Origin: the human T2T-CHM13v2.0 reference genome, Homo sapiens
Length of the DNA stretch: 64,000 bases
Strand: one strand, 5' to 3'
NCBI RefSeq assembly: GCF_009914755.1
Contig: NC_060935.1
Shown: piece by piece, positions 39,301 through 52,269 of the stretch
How positions within the stretch are numbered: the first letter of the stretch is position 1
Layout of the letters: every line of letters starts with the position of its first letter
Translations under genes and position numbers: made by a program
Notes under the pieces: model-generated
The model's database searches: none
Seen by the model: only the letters and a program-made list of their open reading frames with translations
Told to the model about the DNA's origin: nothing

Positions 39301-40799
39301 CTACTGTAGTAAAGGAAATAACTTCATCTAAAAACCAAACGGAAGCATTCACAGAAAATTCTTAGTGATCATTGCATTGAAATAACAGAGGTGAACATTC
39401 CTTTAGATGGCGCAGTTTCCAAACACACTTTCTGTAGAATCTGCAAGTGGATATTTGGACCTCTCTGAGGATTTCGTTGGAAACGGGATAAACTTCCCAG
39501 AACTACACGGAAGCATTGTGAGAAACTTCTTTGTGATGTTTGCATTCAACTCACAGAGTTGAACCTTGCTTTCATAGTTCAGCTTTCAAACACTCTTTTT
39601 GTAGAATCTGCAAGTGGATATTTGGACCACTTTGTGACCTTCCTTCGAAACGGGTATATCTTCACATCAAACCTAGACAGAAGCATTCTCAGAATGTTTC
39701 CTGTGATGACTGCATTCAACTCACAGAGGTGAACAATCCTGCTGATGGAGCAGTTTTGAAACTCTCTTTCTTTGGATTCTGCAAGTGGATATGTGGACCT
39801 CTGTGAAGATTTCCTTGGAAACGGGTTCATCTTCACAGAAAAACTAAACAGGAGCATTCTCAGAAACTGCTTTGTGATGTTTGTGTTCCACTTTAAGAAT
39901 TGAACTTTCCTCTTGACAGAGCAGCTCTGAAACCCTCTTTTTCTAGAATCTGCAAGTGGACATTTGGAGGGCTTTGAGGCCTGTGGTGGAAAAGGAAAAT
40001 CTTCACATAAAAACTAGATGGAAGCATTCTCAGAAACTACTTTGTGATGATTGCATTCGACGCACAGAGTTGAACATTCCTATAGATAGAGCAGGTTGTA
40101 AACAATCTTTTTGTAGAATCTGCGATTGGAGATTTGGACTGCTTTGAGGCCTACTGTAGTAAAGGAAATAACTTCATCTAAAAACCAAACGGAAGCATTC
40201 ACAGACAATTCTTAGTGATCATTGCATTGAACTAACAGAGCTGAACATTCCTTTAGATGGAGCAGTTTCCAAACCCACTTTCTGTAGAATCTTCAAGTGG
40301 ATATTTGGACTTCTCTGAGGATTTCGTTGGAAACGGGATAAACTTCCCAGAACCACACGGAAGCATTGTGAGAAACTTCTTTGTGATGTTTGCATTCAAC
40401 TCACAGAGTTGAACCTTGCTTTCATAGTTCAGCTTTCAAACACTCTTTTTGTAGAATCTGCAAGTGGATATTTGGACCACTTTGTGGCCTTCCTTCGAAA
40501 CGGGTATATCTTCCCATCAAACCTAGACAGAAGCATTCTCAGAATGTTTCCTGTGATGACTGCATTCAACTCACAGAGGTGAACAATCCTGTTGATGGAG
40601 CACTTTTGAAACTCTCTTTCTTTGGATTCTGCAAGTTGATATGTGGACCTCTGTGAAGATTTCGTTGGAAACGGGTTCATCTTCACAGAAAAACTAAACA
40701 GAAGCATTCTCAGAAACTACTTTGTGATGTTTGTGTTCCACTTCTAGAATTGAACTTTCCTCTTGACAGAGCAGCTCTGAAACCCTCTTTTTCTAGAAT

Positions 40800-43700
40800 C
40801 TGCAAGTGGACATTTGGAGGGCTTTGAGGCCTGTGGTGGAAAAGGAAAATCTTCACATAAAAACTAGATGGAAGCATTCTCAGAAACTACTTTGTGATGA
40901 TTGCATTCGACTCACAGAGTTGAACATTCCTATAGATAGAGCAGGTTGTAAACAATCTTTTTGTAGAATCTGCGATTGGAGATTCGGACTGCTTTGAGGC
41001 CTACTGTAGTAAAGGAAATAACTTCATCTAAAAACCAAACGGAAGCATTCACAGACAATTCTTAGTGATCATTGCATTCAACTAACAGAGCTGAACATTC
41101 CTTTAGATGGCGCAGTTTCCAAACACACTTTCTGTAGAATCTGCAAGTGGATATTTGGACCTCTCTGAGGATTTCGTTGGAAACGGGATAAACTTCCCAG
41201 AACTACACGGAAGCATGCTGAGAAACTTCTTTGTGATGTTTGCATTCAACTCACAGAGTTGAACCTTGCTTTCATAGTTCAGCTTTCAAACACTCTTTTT
41301 GTAGAATCTGCAAGTGGATATTTGGACCACTTTGTGGCCTTCCTTCGAAACGGGTATATGTTCACATCAAACCTAGACAGAAGCATTCTCAGAATGTTTC
41401 CTGTGATGACTGCATTCAACTCACAGAGGTGAACAATCCTGCTGATGGAGCAGTTTTGAAACTCTCTTTCTTTGGATTCTGCAAGTGGATATGTGGACCT
41501 CTGTGAAGATTTCGTTGGAAACGGGTTCATCTTCACAGAAAAACTAAACAGAAGCATTCTCAGAAACTGCTTTGTGATGTTTGTGTTCCACTTCAGGAAT
41601 TGAACTTTCCTCTTGACAGAGCAGCTCTGAAACCCTCTTATTCTAGAATCTGCAAGTGGACATTTGGAGGGCTTTGAGGCCTGTGGTGGAAAAGGAAAAT
41701 CTTCACATAAAAACTAGATGGAAGCATTCTCAGAAACTACTTTGTGATGATTGCATTCGACTCACAGAGTTGAACATTCCTATAGATAGAGCAGGTTGTA
41801 AACAATCTTTTTGTAGAATCTGCGATTGGAGATTTGGACTGCTTTGAGGCCTACTGTAGTAAAGGAAATAACTTCATCTAAAAACCAAACGGAAGCATTC
41901 ACAGACAATTCTTAGTGATCATTGCATTGAACTAACAGAGCTGAACATTCCTTTAGATGGCGCAGTTTCCAAACACACTTTCTGTAGAATCTGCAAGTGG
42001 ATATTTGGACCTCTCTGAGGATTTCGTTGGAAACGGGATAAACTTCCCAGAACTACACGGAAGCATTCTGAGAAACTTCTTTGTGATGTTTGCATTCAAC
42101 TCACAGAGTTGAACCTTGCTTTCATAGTTCAGCTTTCAAACCCTCTTTTTGTAGAATCTGCAAGTGGATATTTGGACCACTTTGTGGCCTTCCTTCGAAA
42201 CGGATATATCTTCACATCAAACCTAGACAGAAGCATTCTCAGAATGTTTCCTGTGATGACTGCATTCAACTCACAGAGGTGAACAATCCTGCTGATGGAG
42301 CAGTTTTGAAACTCTCTTTCTTTGGATTCTGCAAGTGGATATGTGGACCTCTGTGAAGATTTCGTTGGAAACGGGTTCATCTTCACAGAAAAACTAAACA
42401 GAAGCATTCTCAGAAACTGCTTTGTGATGTTTGTGTTCCACTTCAGGAATTGAACTTTCCTCTTGACAGAGCAGCTCTGAAACCCTCTTATTCTAGAATC
42501 TGCAAGTGGACATTTGGAGGGCTTTGAGGCCTGTGGTGGAAAAGGAAAATCTTCACATAAAAACTAGATGGAAGCATTCTCAGAAACTACTTTGTGATGA
42601 TTGCATTCGACTCACAGAGTTGAACATTCCTATAGATAGAGCAGGTTGTAAACAATCTTTTTCTAGAATCTGCTATTGGAGATTTGGACTGCTTTGAGGC
42701 CTACTGTAGTAAAGGAAATAACTTCATCTAAAAACCAAACGGAAGCATTCACAGACAATTCTCAGTGATCATTGGATTGAACTAACAGAGCTGAACATTC
42801 CTTTAGATGGAGCAGTTTCCAAACAAACTTTCTGTAGAATCTGCAAGTGGATATTTGGACTTCTCTGAGAATTTCGTTGGAAAAGGGATAAACTTCCCAG
42901 AACTACACGGAAGCATTGTGAGAAACTTCTTTGTGATGTTTGCATTCAACTCACAGAGTTGAACCTTGCTTTCATAGTTCAGCTTTCAAACACTCTTTTT
43001 GTAGAATCTGCAAGTGGATATTTGGACCACTTTGTGGCCTTCCTTCGAAACGGGTATATCTTCACATCAAACCTAGACAGAAGCATTCTCAGAATGTTTC
43101 CTGTGATGACTGCATTCAACTCACAGAGGTGAACAATCCTGCTGATGGAGCAGTTTTGAAACTCTCTTTCTTTGGATTCTGCATGTGGATATGTTGACCT
43201 CTGTGAAGATTTCGTTGGAAACGGGTTCATCTTCACAGAAAAACTAAACAGGAGCATTCTCAGAAACTGCTTTGTGATGTTTGTGTTCCACTTCAAGAAT
43301 TGAACTTTCCTCTTGACAGAGCAGCTCTGAAACCCTCTTTTTCTAGAATCTGCAAGTGGACATTTGGAAGGATTTGAGGCCTGTGGTGGAAAAGGAAAAT
43401 CTTCACATAAAAACTAGATGGAAGCATTCTCAGAAACTACTTTGTGATGATTGCATTCGACTCACAGAGTTGAACATTCCTATAGATAGAGCAGGTTGTA
43501 AACAATCTTTTTGTAGAATCTGCGATTGGAGATTTGGACTGCTTTGAGGCCTACTGTAGTAAAGGAAATAACTTCATCTAAAAACCAAACGGAAGCATTT
43601 ACAGACAATTCTTAGTGATCATTGGATTGAACTAACAGAGCTGTACATTCCTTTAGATGGAGCAGTTTCCAAACCCACTTTCTGTAGAATCTGCAAGTGG

Positions 43701-46700
43701 ATATTTGGACTTCTCTGAGGATTTCGTTGGAAACGGGATAAACTTCCCAGAACTACAGGGAAGCATTGTGAGAAACTTCTTTGTGATGTTTGCATTCAAC
43801 TCACAGAGTTGAACCTTGCTTTCATAGTTCAGCTTTCAAACACTCTTTTTGTAGAATCTGCAAGTGGATATTTGGACCACTTTGTGGCCTTCCTTCGAAA
43901 CGGGTATATCTTCACATCAAACCTAGACATAAGCATTCTCAGAATGTTTCCTGTGAAGACTGCATTCAACTCACAGAGATGAACAATCCTGTTGATGGAG
44001 CACTTTGGAAAATCTCTTTCTTTGGATTCTGCAAGTTGATATGTGGACCTCTGTGAAGATTTCGTTGGAAACGGGTTCATCTTCACAGAAAAACTAAACA
44101 GAAGCATTCTCAAAACCTACTTTGTGATGTTTGTGTTCCACTTCAAGAATTGAACTTTCCTCTTGACAGAGCAGCTCTGAAAACCTCTTTTTCTAGAATC
44201 TGCAAGTGGACATTTGGAGGGCTTTGAGGCCTGTGGTTGAAAAGGAAAATCTTCACATAAAAACTAGATGGAAGCATTCTCAGAAACTACTTTGTGATGA
44301 TTGCATTCGACTCACAGAGTTGAACATTCCTATAGATAGAGCAGGTTGTAAACAATCTTTTTGTAGAATCTGCGATTGGAGATTCGGACTGCTTTGAGGC
44401 CTACTGTAGTAAAGGAAATAACTTCATCTAAAAACCAAACGGAAGCATTCACAGACAATTCTTAGTGATCATTGCATTGAACTAACAGAGCTGAACATTC
44501 CTTTAGATGGCGCAGTTTCCAAACACACTTTCTGTAGAATCTGCAAGTGGATATTTGGACCTCTCTGAGGATTTCGTTGGAAACGGGATAAACTTCCCAG
44601 AACTACACGGAAGCATGCTGAGAAACTTCTTTGTGATGTTTGCATTCAACTCACAGAGTTGAACCTTGCTTTCATAGTTCAGCTTTCAAACACTCTTTTT
44701 GTAGAATCTGCAAGTGGATATTTGGACCACTTTGTGGCCTTCCTTCGAAACGGGTATATGTTCACATCAAACCTAGACAGAAGCATTCTCAGAATGTTTC
44801 CTGTGATGACTGCATTCAACTCACAGAGGTGAACAATCCTGCTGATGGAGCAGTTTTGAAACTCTCTTTCTTTGGATTCTGCAAGTGGATATGTGGACCT
44901 CTGTGAAGATTTCGTTGGAAACGGGTTCATCTTCACAGAAAAACTAAACAGAAGCATTCTCAGAAACTGCTTTGTGATGTTTGTGTTCCACTTCAGGAAT
45001 TGAACTTTCCTCTTGACAGAGCAGCTCTGAAACCCTCTTATTCTAGAATCTGCAAGTGGACATTTGGAGGGCTTTGAGGCCTGTGGTGGAAAAGGAAAAT
45101 CTTCACATAAAAACTAGATGGAAGCATTCTCAGAAACTACTTTGTGATGATTGCATTCGACTCACAGAGTTGAACATTCCTATAGATAGAGCAGGTTGTA
45201 AACAATCTTTTTGTAGAATCTGCGATTGGAGATTTGGACTGCTTTGAGGCCTACTGTAGTAAAGGAAATAACTTCATCTAAAAACCAAACGGAAGCATTC
45301 ACAGACAATTCTTAGTGATCATTGCATTGAACTAACAGAGCTGAACATTCCTTTAGATGGCGCAGTTTCCAAACACACTTTCTGTAGAATCTGCAAGTGG
45401 ATATTTGGACCTCTCTGAGGATTTCGTTGGAAACGGGATAAATTTCCCAGAACTACACGGAAGCATTCTGAGAAACTTCTTTGTGATGTTTGCATTCAAC
45501 TCACAGAGTTGAACCTTGCTTTCATAGTTCAGCTTTCAAACCCTCTTTTTGTAGAATCTGCAAGTGGATATTTGGACCACTTTGTGGCCTTCCTTCGAAA
45601 CGGATATATCTTCACATCAAACCTAGACAGAAGCATTCTCAGAATGTTTCCTGTGATGACTGCATTCAACTCACAGAGGTGAACAATCCTGCTGATGGAG
45701 CAGTTTTGAAACTCTCTTTCTTTGGATTCTGCAAGTGGATATGTGGACCTCTGTGAAGATTTCGTTGGAAACGGGTTCATCTTCACAGAAAAACTAAACA
45801 GAAGCATTCTCAGAAACTGCTTTGTGATGTTTGTGTTCCACTTCAGGAATTGAACTTTCCTCTTGACAGAGCAGCTCTGAAACCCTCTTATTCTAGAATC
45901 TGCAAGTGGACATTTGGAGGGCTTTGAGGCCTGTGGTGGAAAAGGAAAATCTTCACATAAAAACTAGATGGAAGCATTCTCAGAAACTACTTTGTGATGA
46001 TTGCATTCGACTCACAGAGTTGAACATTCCTATAGATAGAGCAGGTTGTAAACAATCTTTTTCTAGAATCTGCTATTGGAGATTTGGACTGCTTTGAGGC
46101 CTACTGTAGTAAAGGAAATAACTTCATCTAAAAACCAAACGGAAGCATTCACAGACAATTCTCAGTGATCATTGGATTGAACTAACAGAGCTGAACATTC
46201 CTTTAGATGGAGCAGTTTCCAAACACACTTTCTGTAGAATCTGCAAGTGGATATTTGGACTTCTCTGAGAATTTCGTTGGAAACGGGCTAAACTTCCCAG
46301 AACTACACGGAAGCATTGTGAGAAACTTCTTTGTGATGTTTGCATTCAACTCACAGAGTTGAACCTTGCTTTCATAGTTCAGCTTTCAAACACTCTTTTT
46401 GTAGAATCTGCAAGTGGATATTTGGACCACTTTGTGGCCTTCCTTCGAAACCGGTATATCTTCACATCAAACCTGGACAGAAGCATTCTAAGAATGTTTC
46501 CTGTGATGACTGCATTCAACTCACAGAGGTGAACAATCCTGCTGATGGAGCAGTTTTGAAACTCTCTTTCTTTGGATTCTGCATGTGGATATGTTGACCT
46601 CTGTGAAGATTTCGTTGGAAACGGGTTCATCTTCACAGAAAAACTAAACAGGAGCATTCTCAGAAACTGCTTTGTGATGTTTGTGTTCCACTTCAAGAAT

Positions 46701-47140
46701 TGAACTTTCCTCTTGACAGAGCAGCTCTGAAACCCTCTTTTTCTAGAATCTGCAAGTGGACATTTGGAGGGATTTGAGGCCTGTGGTGGAAAAGGAAAAT
46801 CTTCACATAAAAACTAGATGGAAGCATTCTCAGAAACTACTTTGTGATGATTGCATTCGACTCACAGAGTTGAACATTCCTATAGATAGAGCAGGTTGTA
46901 AACAATCTTTTTGTAGAATCTGCGATTGGAGATTTGGACTGCTTTGAGGCCTACTGTAGTAAAGGAAATAACTTCATCTAAAAACCAAACGGAAGCATTT
47001 ACAGACAATTCTTAGTGATCATTGGATTGAACTAACAGAGCTGAACATTCCTTTAGATGGAGCAGTTTCCAAACCCACTTTCTGTACAATCTGCAAGTGG
47101 ATATTTGGACTTCTCTGAGGATTTCGTTGGAAACGGGATA
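40800..47140 (+). repeat. Near-tandem duplication at 3,400-bp (4-HOR) offset
   Basis: GATTCGG (40981/44381), TATATGTT (~41360/44760), CAAACCCTC and CGGATAT (42141,42201/45541,45601), TGCTATT (42671/46071), AAGCATTT (~43600/47000). Confidence 0.85.
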
Positions 47141-50100
47141 AACTTCCCAGAACTACATGGAAGCATTGTGAGAAATTTCTTTGTGATGTTTGCATTCAAC
47201 TCACAGAGTTGAACCTTGCTTTCATAGTTCAGCTTTCAAACACTCTTTTTGTAGAATCTGCAAGTGGATATTTGGACCACTTTGTGGCCTTCCTTCGAAA
47301 CGGGTATATCTTCACATCAAACCTAGACAGAAGCATTCTCAGAATGTTTCCTGTGATGACTGCATTCAACTCACAGAGGTGAACAATCCTATTGATGGAG
47401 CACTTTTGAAACTCTCTTTCTTTGGATTCTGCAAGTTGATATGTGGACCTCTGTGAAGATTTCGTTGGAAACGGGTTCATCTTCACAGAAAAACTAAACA
47501 GAAGCATTCTCAGAAACTACTTTGTGATGTTTGTGTTCCACTTCAAGAATTGAACTTTCCTCTTGACAGAGCAGCTCTGAAACCCTCTTTTTCTAGAATC
47601 TGCAAGTGGACATTTGGAGGGCTTTGAGGCCTGTGGTGGAAAAGGAAAATCTTCACATAAAAACTAGATGGAAGCATTCTCAGAAACTACTTTGTGATGA
47701 TTGCATTCGTCTCACAGAGTTGAACATTCCTATAGATAGAGCAGGTTGTAAACAATCTTTTTGTAGAATCTGCGATTGGAGATTTGGACTGCTTTGAGGC
47801 CTACTGTAGTAAAGGAAATAACTTCATCTAAAAACCAAACGGAAGCATTCACAGACAATTCTTAGTGATCATTGCATTGAACTAACAGAGCTGAACATTC
47901 CTTTAGATGGTGCAGTTTCCAAACACACTTTCTGTAGAATCTGCAAGTGGATATTTGGACCTCTCTGAGGATTTCGTTGGAAACCGGATAAACTTCCCAG
48001 AACTACACAGAAGCATTCTGATAAACTTCTTTGTGATGTTTGCATTCAACTCACAGAGTTGAACCTTGCTTTCATAGTTCAGCTTTCAAACACTCTTTTT
48101 GTAGAATCTGCAAGTGGATATTTGGACCACTTTGTGGCCTTCCTTCGAAACGGGTATATCTTCACATCAAACCTAGACAGAAGCATTCTCAGAAGGTTTC
48201 CTGTCATGACTGCATTCAACTCCCAGAGGTGAACAATCCTGCTGATGGAGCAGTTTTGAACCTCTCTTTCTTTGGATTCTGCAAGTGGATATGTGTACCA
48301 CTGTGAAGATTTCGTTGGAAACGGGTTCATCTTCACAGAAAAACTAAACAGAAGCATTCTCAGAAACTGCTTTGTGATGTTTGTGTTCCACTTCAGGAAT
48401 TGAACTTTCCTCTTGACAGAGCAGCTCTGAAACACTCTTTTTCTAGAATGTGCAAGTGGACATTTGGAGGGCTTTGAGGCCTGTGGTGGAAAAGGAAAAT
48501 CTTCACATAAAAACTTTATGGAAGCATTCTCAGAAACTTCTTTGTGATCATTGCATTCGACTCACAGAGTTGAACATTCCTATAGATAGAGCAGGTTGTA
48601 AACAATCTTTTTGTAGAATCTGCGATTGGAGATTGGGACTGCTTTGAGGCCTACTGTAGTAAAGGAAATAACTTCATCTAAAAACCAAACGGAAGCATTC
48701 ACAGACAATTCTTAGTGATCATTGCATTGAACTAACAGAGCTGAACATTCCTTTAGATGGAGCAGTTTCCAAACACACTTTCTGTAGAATCTGCAAGTGG
48801 ATATTTGGACTTCTCTGAGGATTTCGTTGGAAACGGGATAAACTTCCCAGAACTACACGGAAGCATTGTGAGAAACTTCTTTGTGATGTTTGCATTCAAC
48901 TCACAGAGTTGAACCTTGCTTTCATAGTTCAGCTTTCAAACACTCTTTTTGTAGAATCTGCAAGTGGATATTTGGACCACATTGTGGCCTTCCTTCGAAA
49001 CGGGTATATCTTCCCATCAAACCTAGACAGAAGCATTCTCAGAATGTTTCCTGTGATGACTGCATTCAACTCACAGAGGTGAACAATCCTGTTGATGGAG
49101 CACTTTTGAAACTCTCTTTCTTTGGATTCTGCAAGTAGATATGTGGACCTCTGTGAAGATTTCGTTGGAAACGGGTTCATCTTCACAGAAAAACTAAACA
49201 GAAGCATTCTCAGAAACTACTTTGTGATGTTTGTGTTCCACTTCAAGAATTGAACTTTCCTCTTGACAGAGCAGCTCTGAAACCCTCTTTTTCTAGAATC
49301 TGCAAGTGGACATTTGGAGGGCTTTGAGGCCTGTGGTGGAAAAGGAAAATCTTCACATAAAAACTAGATGGAAGCATTCTCAGAAACTACTTTGTGATGA
49401 TTGCATTCGACTCACAGAGTTGAACATTCCTATAGATAGAGCAGGTTGTAAACAATCTTTTTGTAGAATCTGCGATTGGAGATTTGGACTGCTTTGAGGC
49501 CTACTGTAGTAATGGAAATTACTTCATCTAAAAACCAAACGGAAGCATTCACAGACAATTCTTAGTGATCATTGCATTGAACTAACAGAGCTGAACATTC
49601 CTTTAGATGGAGCAGTTTCCAAACACACTTTCTGTAGAACCTGCAAGTGGATATTTGGACCTCTCTGAGGATTTCGTTGGAAACGGGATAAACTTCCCAG
49701 AACTACACGGAAGCATTGTGAGAAACTTCTTTGTGATGTTTGCATTCAACTCACAGAGTTGAACCTTGCTTTCATAGTTCAGCTTTCAAACACTCTTTTT
49801 GTAGAATCTGCAAGTGGATATTTGGACCACTTTGTGGCCTTCCTTCGAAACGGGTATATCTTCACATCAAACCTAGACAGAAGCATTCTCAGAATGTTTC
49901 CTGTGATGACTGCATTCAACTCACAGAGGTGAACAATCCTGCTGATGGAGCAGTTTTGAAACTCTCTTTCTTTGGATTCTGCAAGTGGATATGGGGACCT
50001 CTGTGAAGATTTCGTTGGAAACGGGTTCATCTTCACAGAAAAACTAAACAGAAACATTCTCACAAACTACTTTGTGATGTTTGTGTTCCACTTCAGGAAT

Positions 50101-52269
50101 TGAACTTTCCTCTTGACAGAGCAGCTCTGAAACCCTCTTATTCTATAATCTGCAAGTGGACATTTGGAGGGCTTTGAGGCCTGTGGTGGAAAAGGAAAAT
50201 CTTCACATAAAAACTAGATGGAAGCATTCTCAGAAACTACTTTGTGATGATTGCATTCGACTCACAGAGTTGAACATTCCTATAGATAGAGCAGGTTGTA
50301 AACAATCTTTTTGTAGAATCTGCGATTGGAGATTTGGACTGCTTTGAGGCCTACTGTAGTAAAGGAAATAACTTCATCTAAAAACCAAACGGAAGCATTC
50401 ACAGACAATTCTTAGTGATCATTGCATTGAACTAACAGAGCTGAACATTCCTTTAGATGGAGCAGTTTCCAAACACACTTTCTGTAGAACCTGCAAGTGG
50501 ATATTTGGACCTCTCTGAGGATTTCGTTGGAAACGGGATAAACTTCCCAGAACTACACGGAAGCATGCTGAGAAACTTCTTTGTGATGTTTGCATTCAAC
50601 TCACAGAGTTGAACCTTGCTTTCATAGTTCAGCTTTCAAACACTCTTTTTGTAGAATCTGCAAGTGGATATTTGGACCACTTTGTGGCCTTCCTTCGAAA
50701 CGGGTATATCTTCACATCAAACCTAGACAGAAGCATTCTCAGAATGTTTCCTGTGATGACTGCATTCAACTCACAGAGGTGAACAATCCTGCTGATGGAG
50801 CAGTTTTGAAACTCTCTTTCTTTGGATTCTGCAAGTGGATATGTGGACCTCTGTGAAGATTTCGTTGGAAACGGGTTCATCTTCACAGAAAAACTAAACA
50901 GGAGCATTCTCAGAAACTTCTTTGTGATGTTTGTGTTCCACTTCAAGAATTGAACTTTCCTCTTGACAGAGCAGCTCTGAAACCCTCTTATTCTATAATC
51001 TGCAAGTGGACATTTGGAGGGCTTTGAGGCCTGTGGTGGAAAAGGAAAATCTTCACATAAAAACTAGATGGAAGCATTCTCAGAAACTACTTTGTGATGA
51101 TTGCATTCGACTCACAGAGTTGAACATTCCTATAGATAGAGCAGGTTGTAAACAATCTTTTTGTAGAATCTGCGATTGGAGATTTGGACTGCTTTGAGGC
51201 CTACTGTAGTAAAGGAAATAACTTCATCTAAAAACCAAACGGAAGCATTCACAGACAATTCTTAGTGATCATTGGATTGAACTAACAGAGCTGAACATTC
51301 CTTTAGATGGAGCAGTTTCCAAACACACTTTCTGTAGAATCTGCAAGTGGATATTTGGACTTCTCTGAGGATTTCGTTGGAAACGGGATAAACTTCCCAG
51401 AACTACACGGAAGCATTGTGAGAAACTTCTTTGTGATGTTTGCATTCAACTCACAGAGTTGAACCTTGCTTTCATAGTTCAGCTTTCAAACACTCTTTTT
51501 GTAGAATCTGCAAGTGGATATTTGGACCACTTTGTGGCCTTCCTTCGAAACGGGTATATCTTCACATCAAACCTAGACAGAAGCATTCTCAGAATGTTTC
51601 CTGTGATGACTGCATTCAACTCACAGAGGTGAACAATCCTGCTGATGGAGCAGTTTTGAAACTCTCTTTCTTTGGATTCTGCAAGTGGATATGTGGACCT
51701 CTGTGAAGATTTCGTTGGAAACGGGTTCATCTTCACAGAAAAACTAAACAGGAGCATTCTCAGAAACTGCTTTGTGATGTTTGTATTCCACTTCAAGAAT
51801 TGAACTTTCCTCTTGACAGAGCAGCTCTGAAACCCTCTTTTTCTGGAATCTGCAAGTGGACATTTGGAGGGCTTTGAGGCCTGTGGTGGAAAAGGAAAAT
51901 CTTCACATAAAAACTAGATGGAAGCATTCTCAGAAACTACTTTGTGATGATTGCATTCGACTCACAGAGTTGAACATTCCTATAGATAGAGCAGGTTGTA
52001 AACAATGTTTTTGTAGAATCTGCGATTGGAGATTTGGACTGCTTTGAGGCCTACTGTAGTAAAGGAAATAACTTCATCTAAAAACCAAACGGAAGCATTC
52101 ACAGACAATTCTTAGTGATCATTGGATTGAACTAACAGAGCTGAACATTCCTTTAGATGGAGCAGTTTCCAAACACACTTTCTGTACAATCTGCAAGTGG
52201 ATATTTGGACTTCTCTGAGGATTTCTTTGGAAACGGGATAAACTTCCCAGAACTACAGGGAAGCATTGT

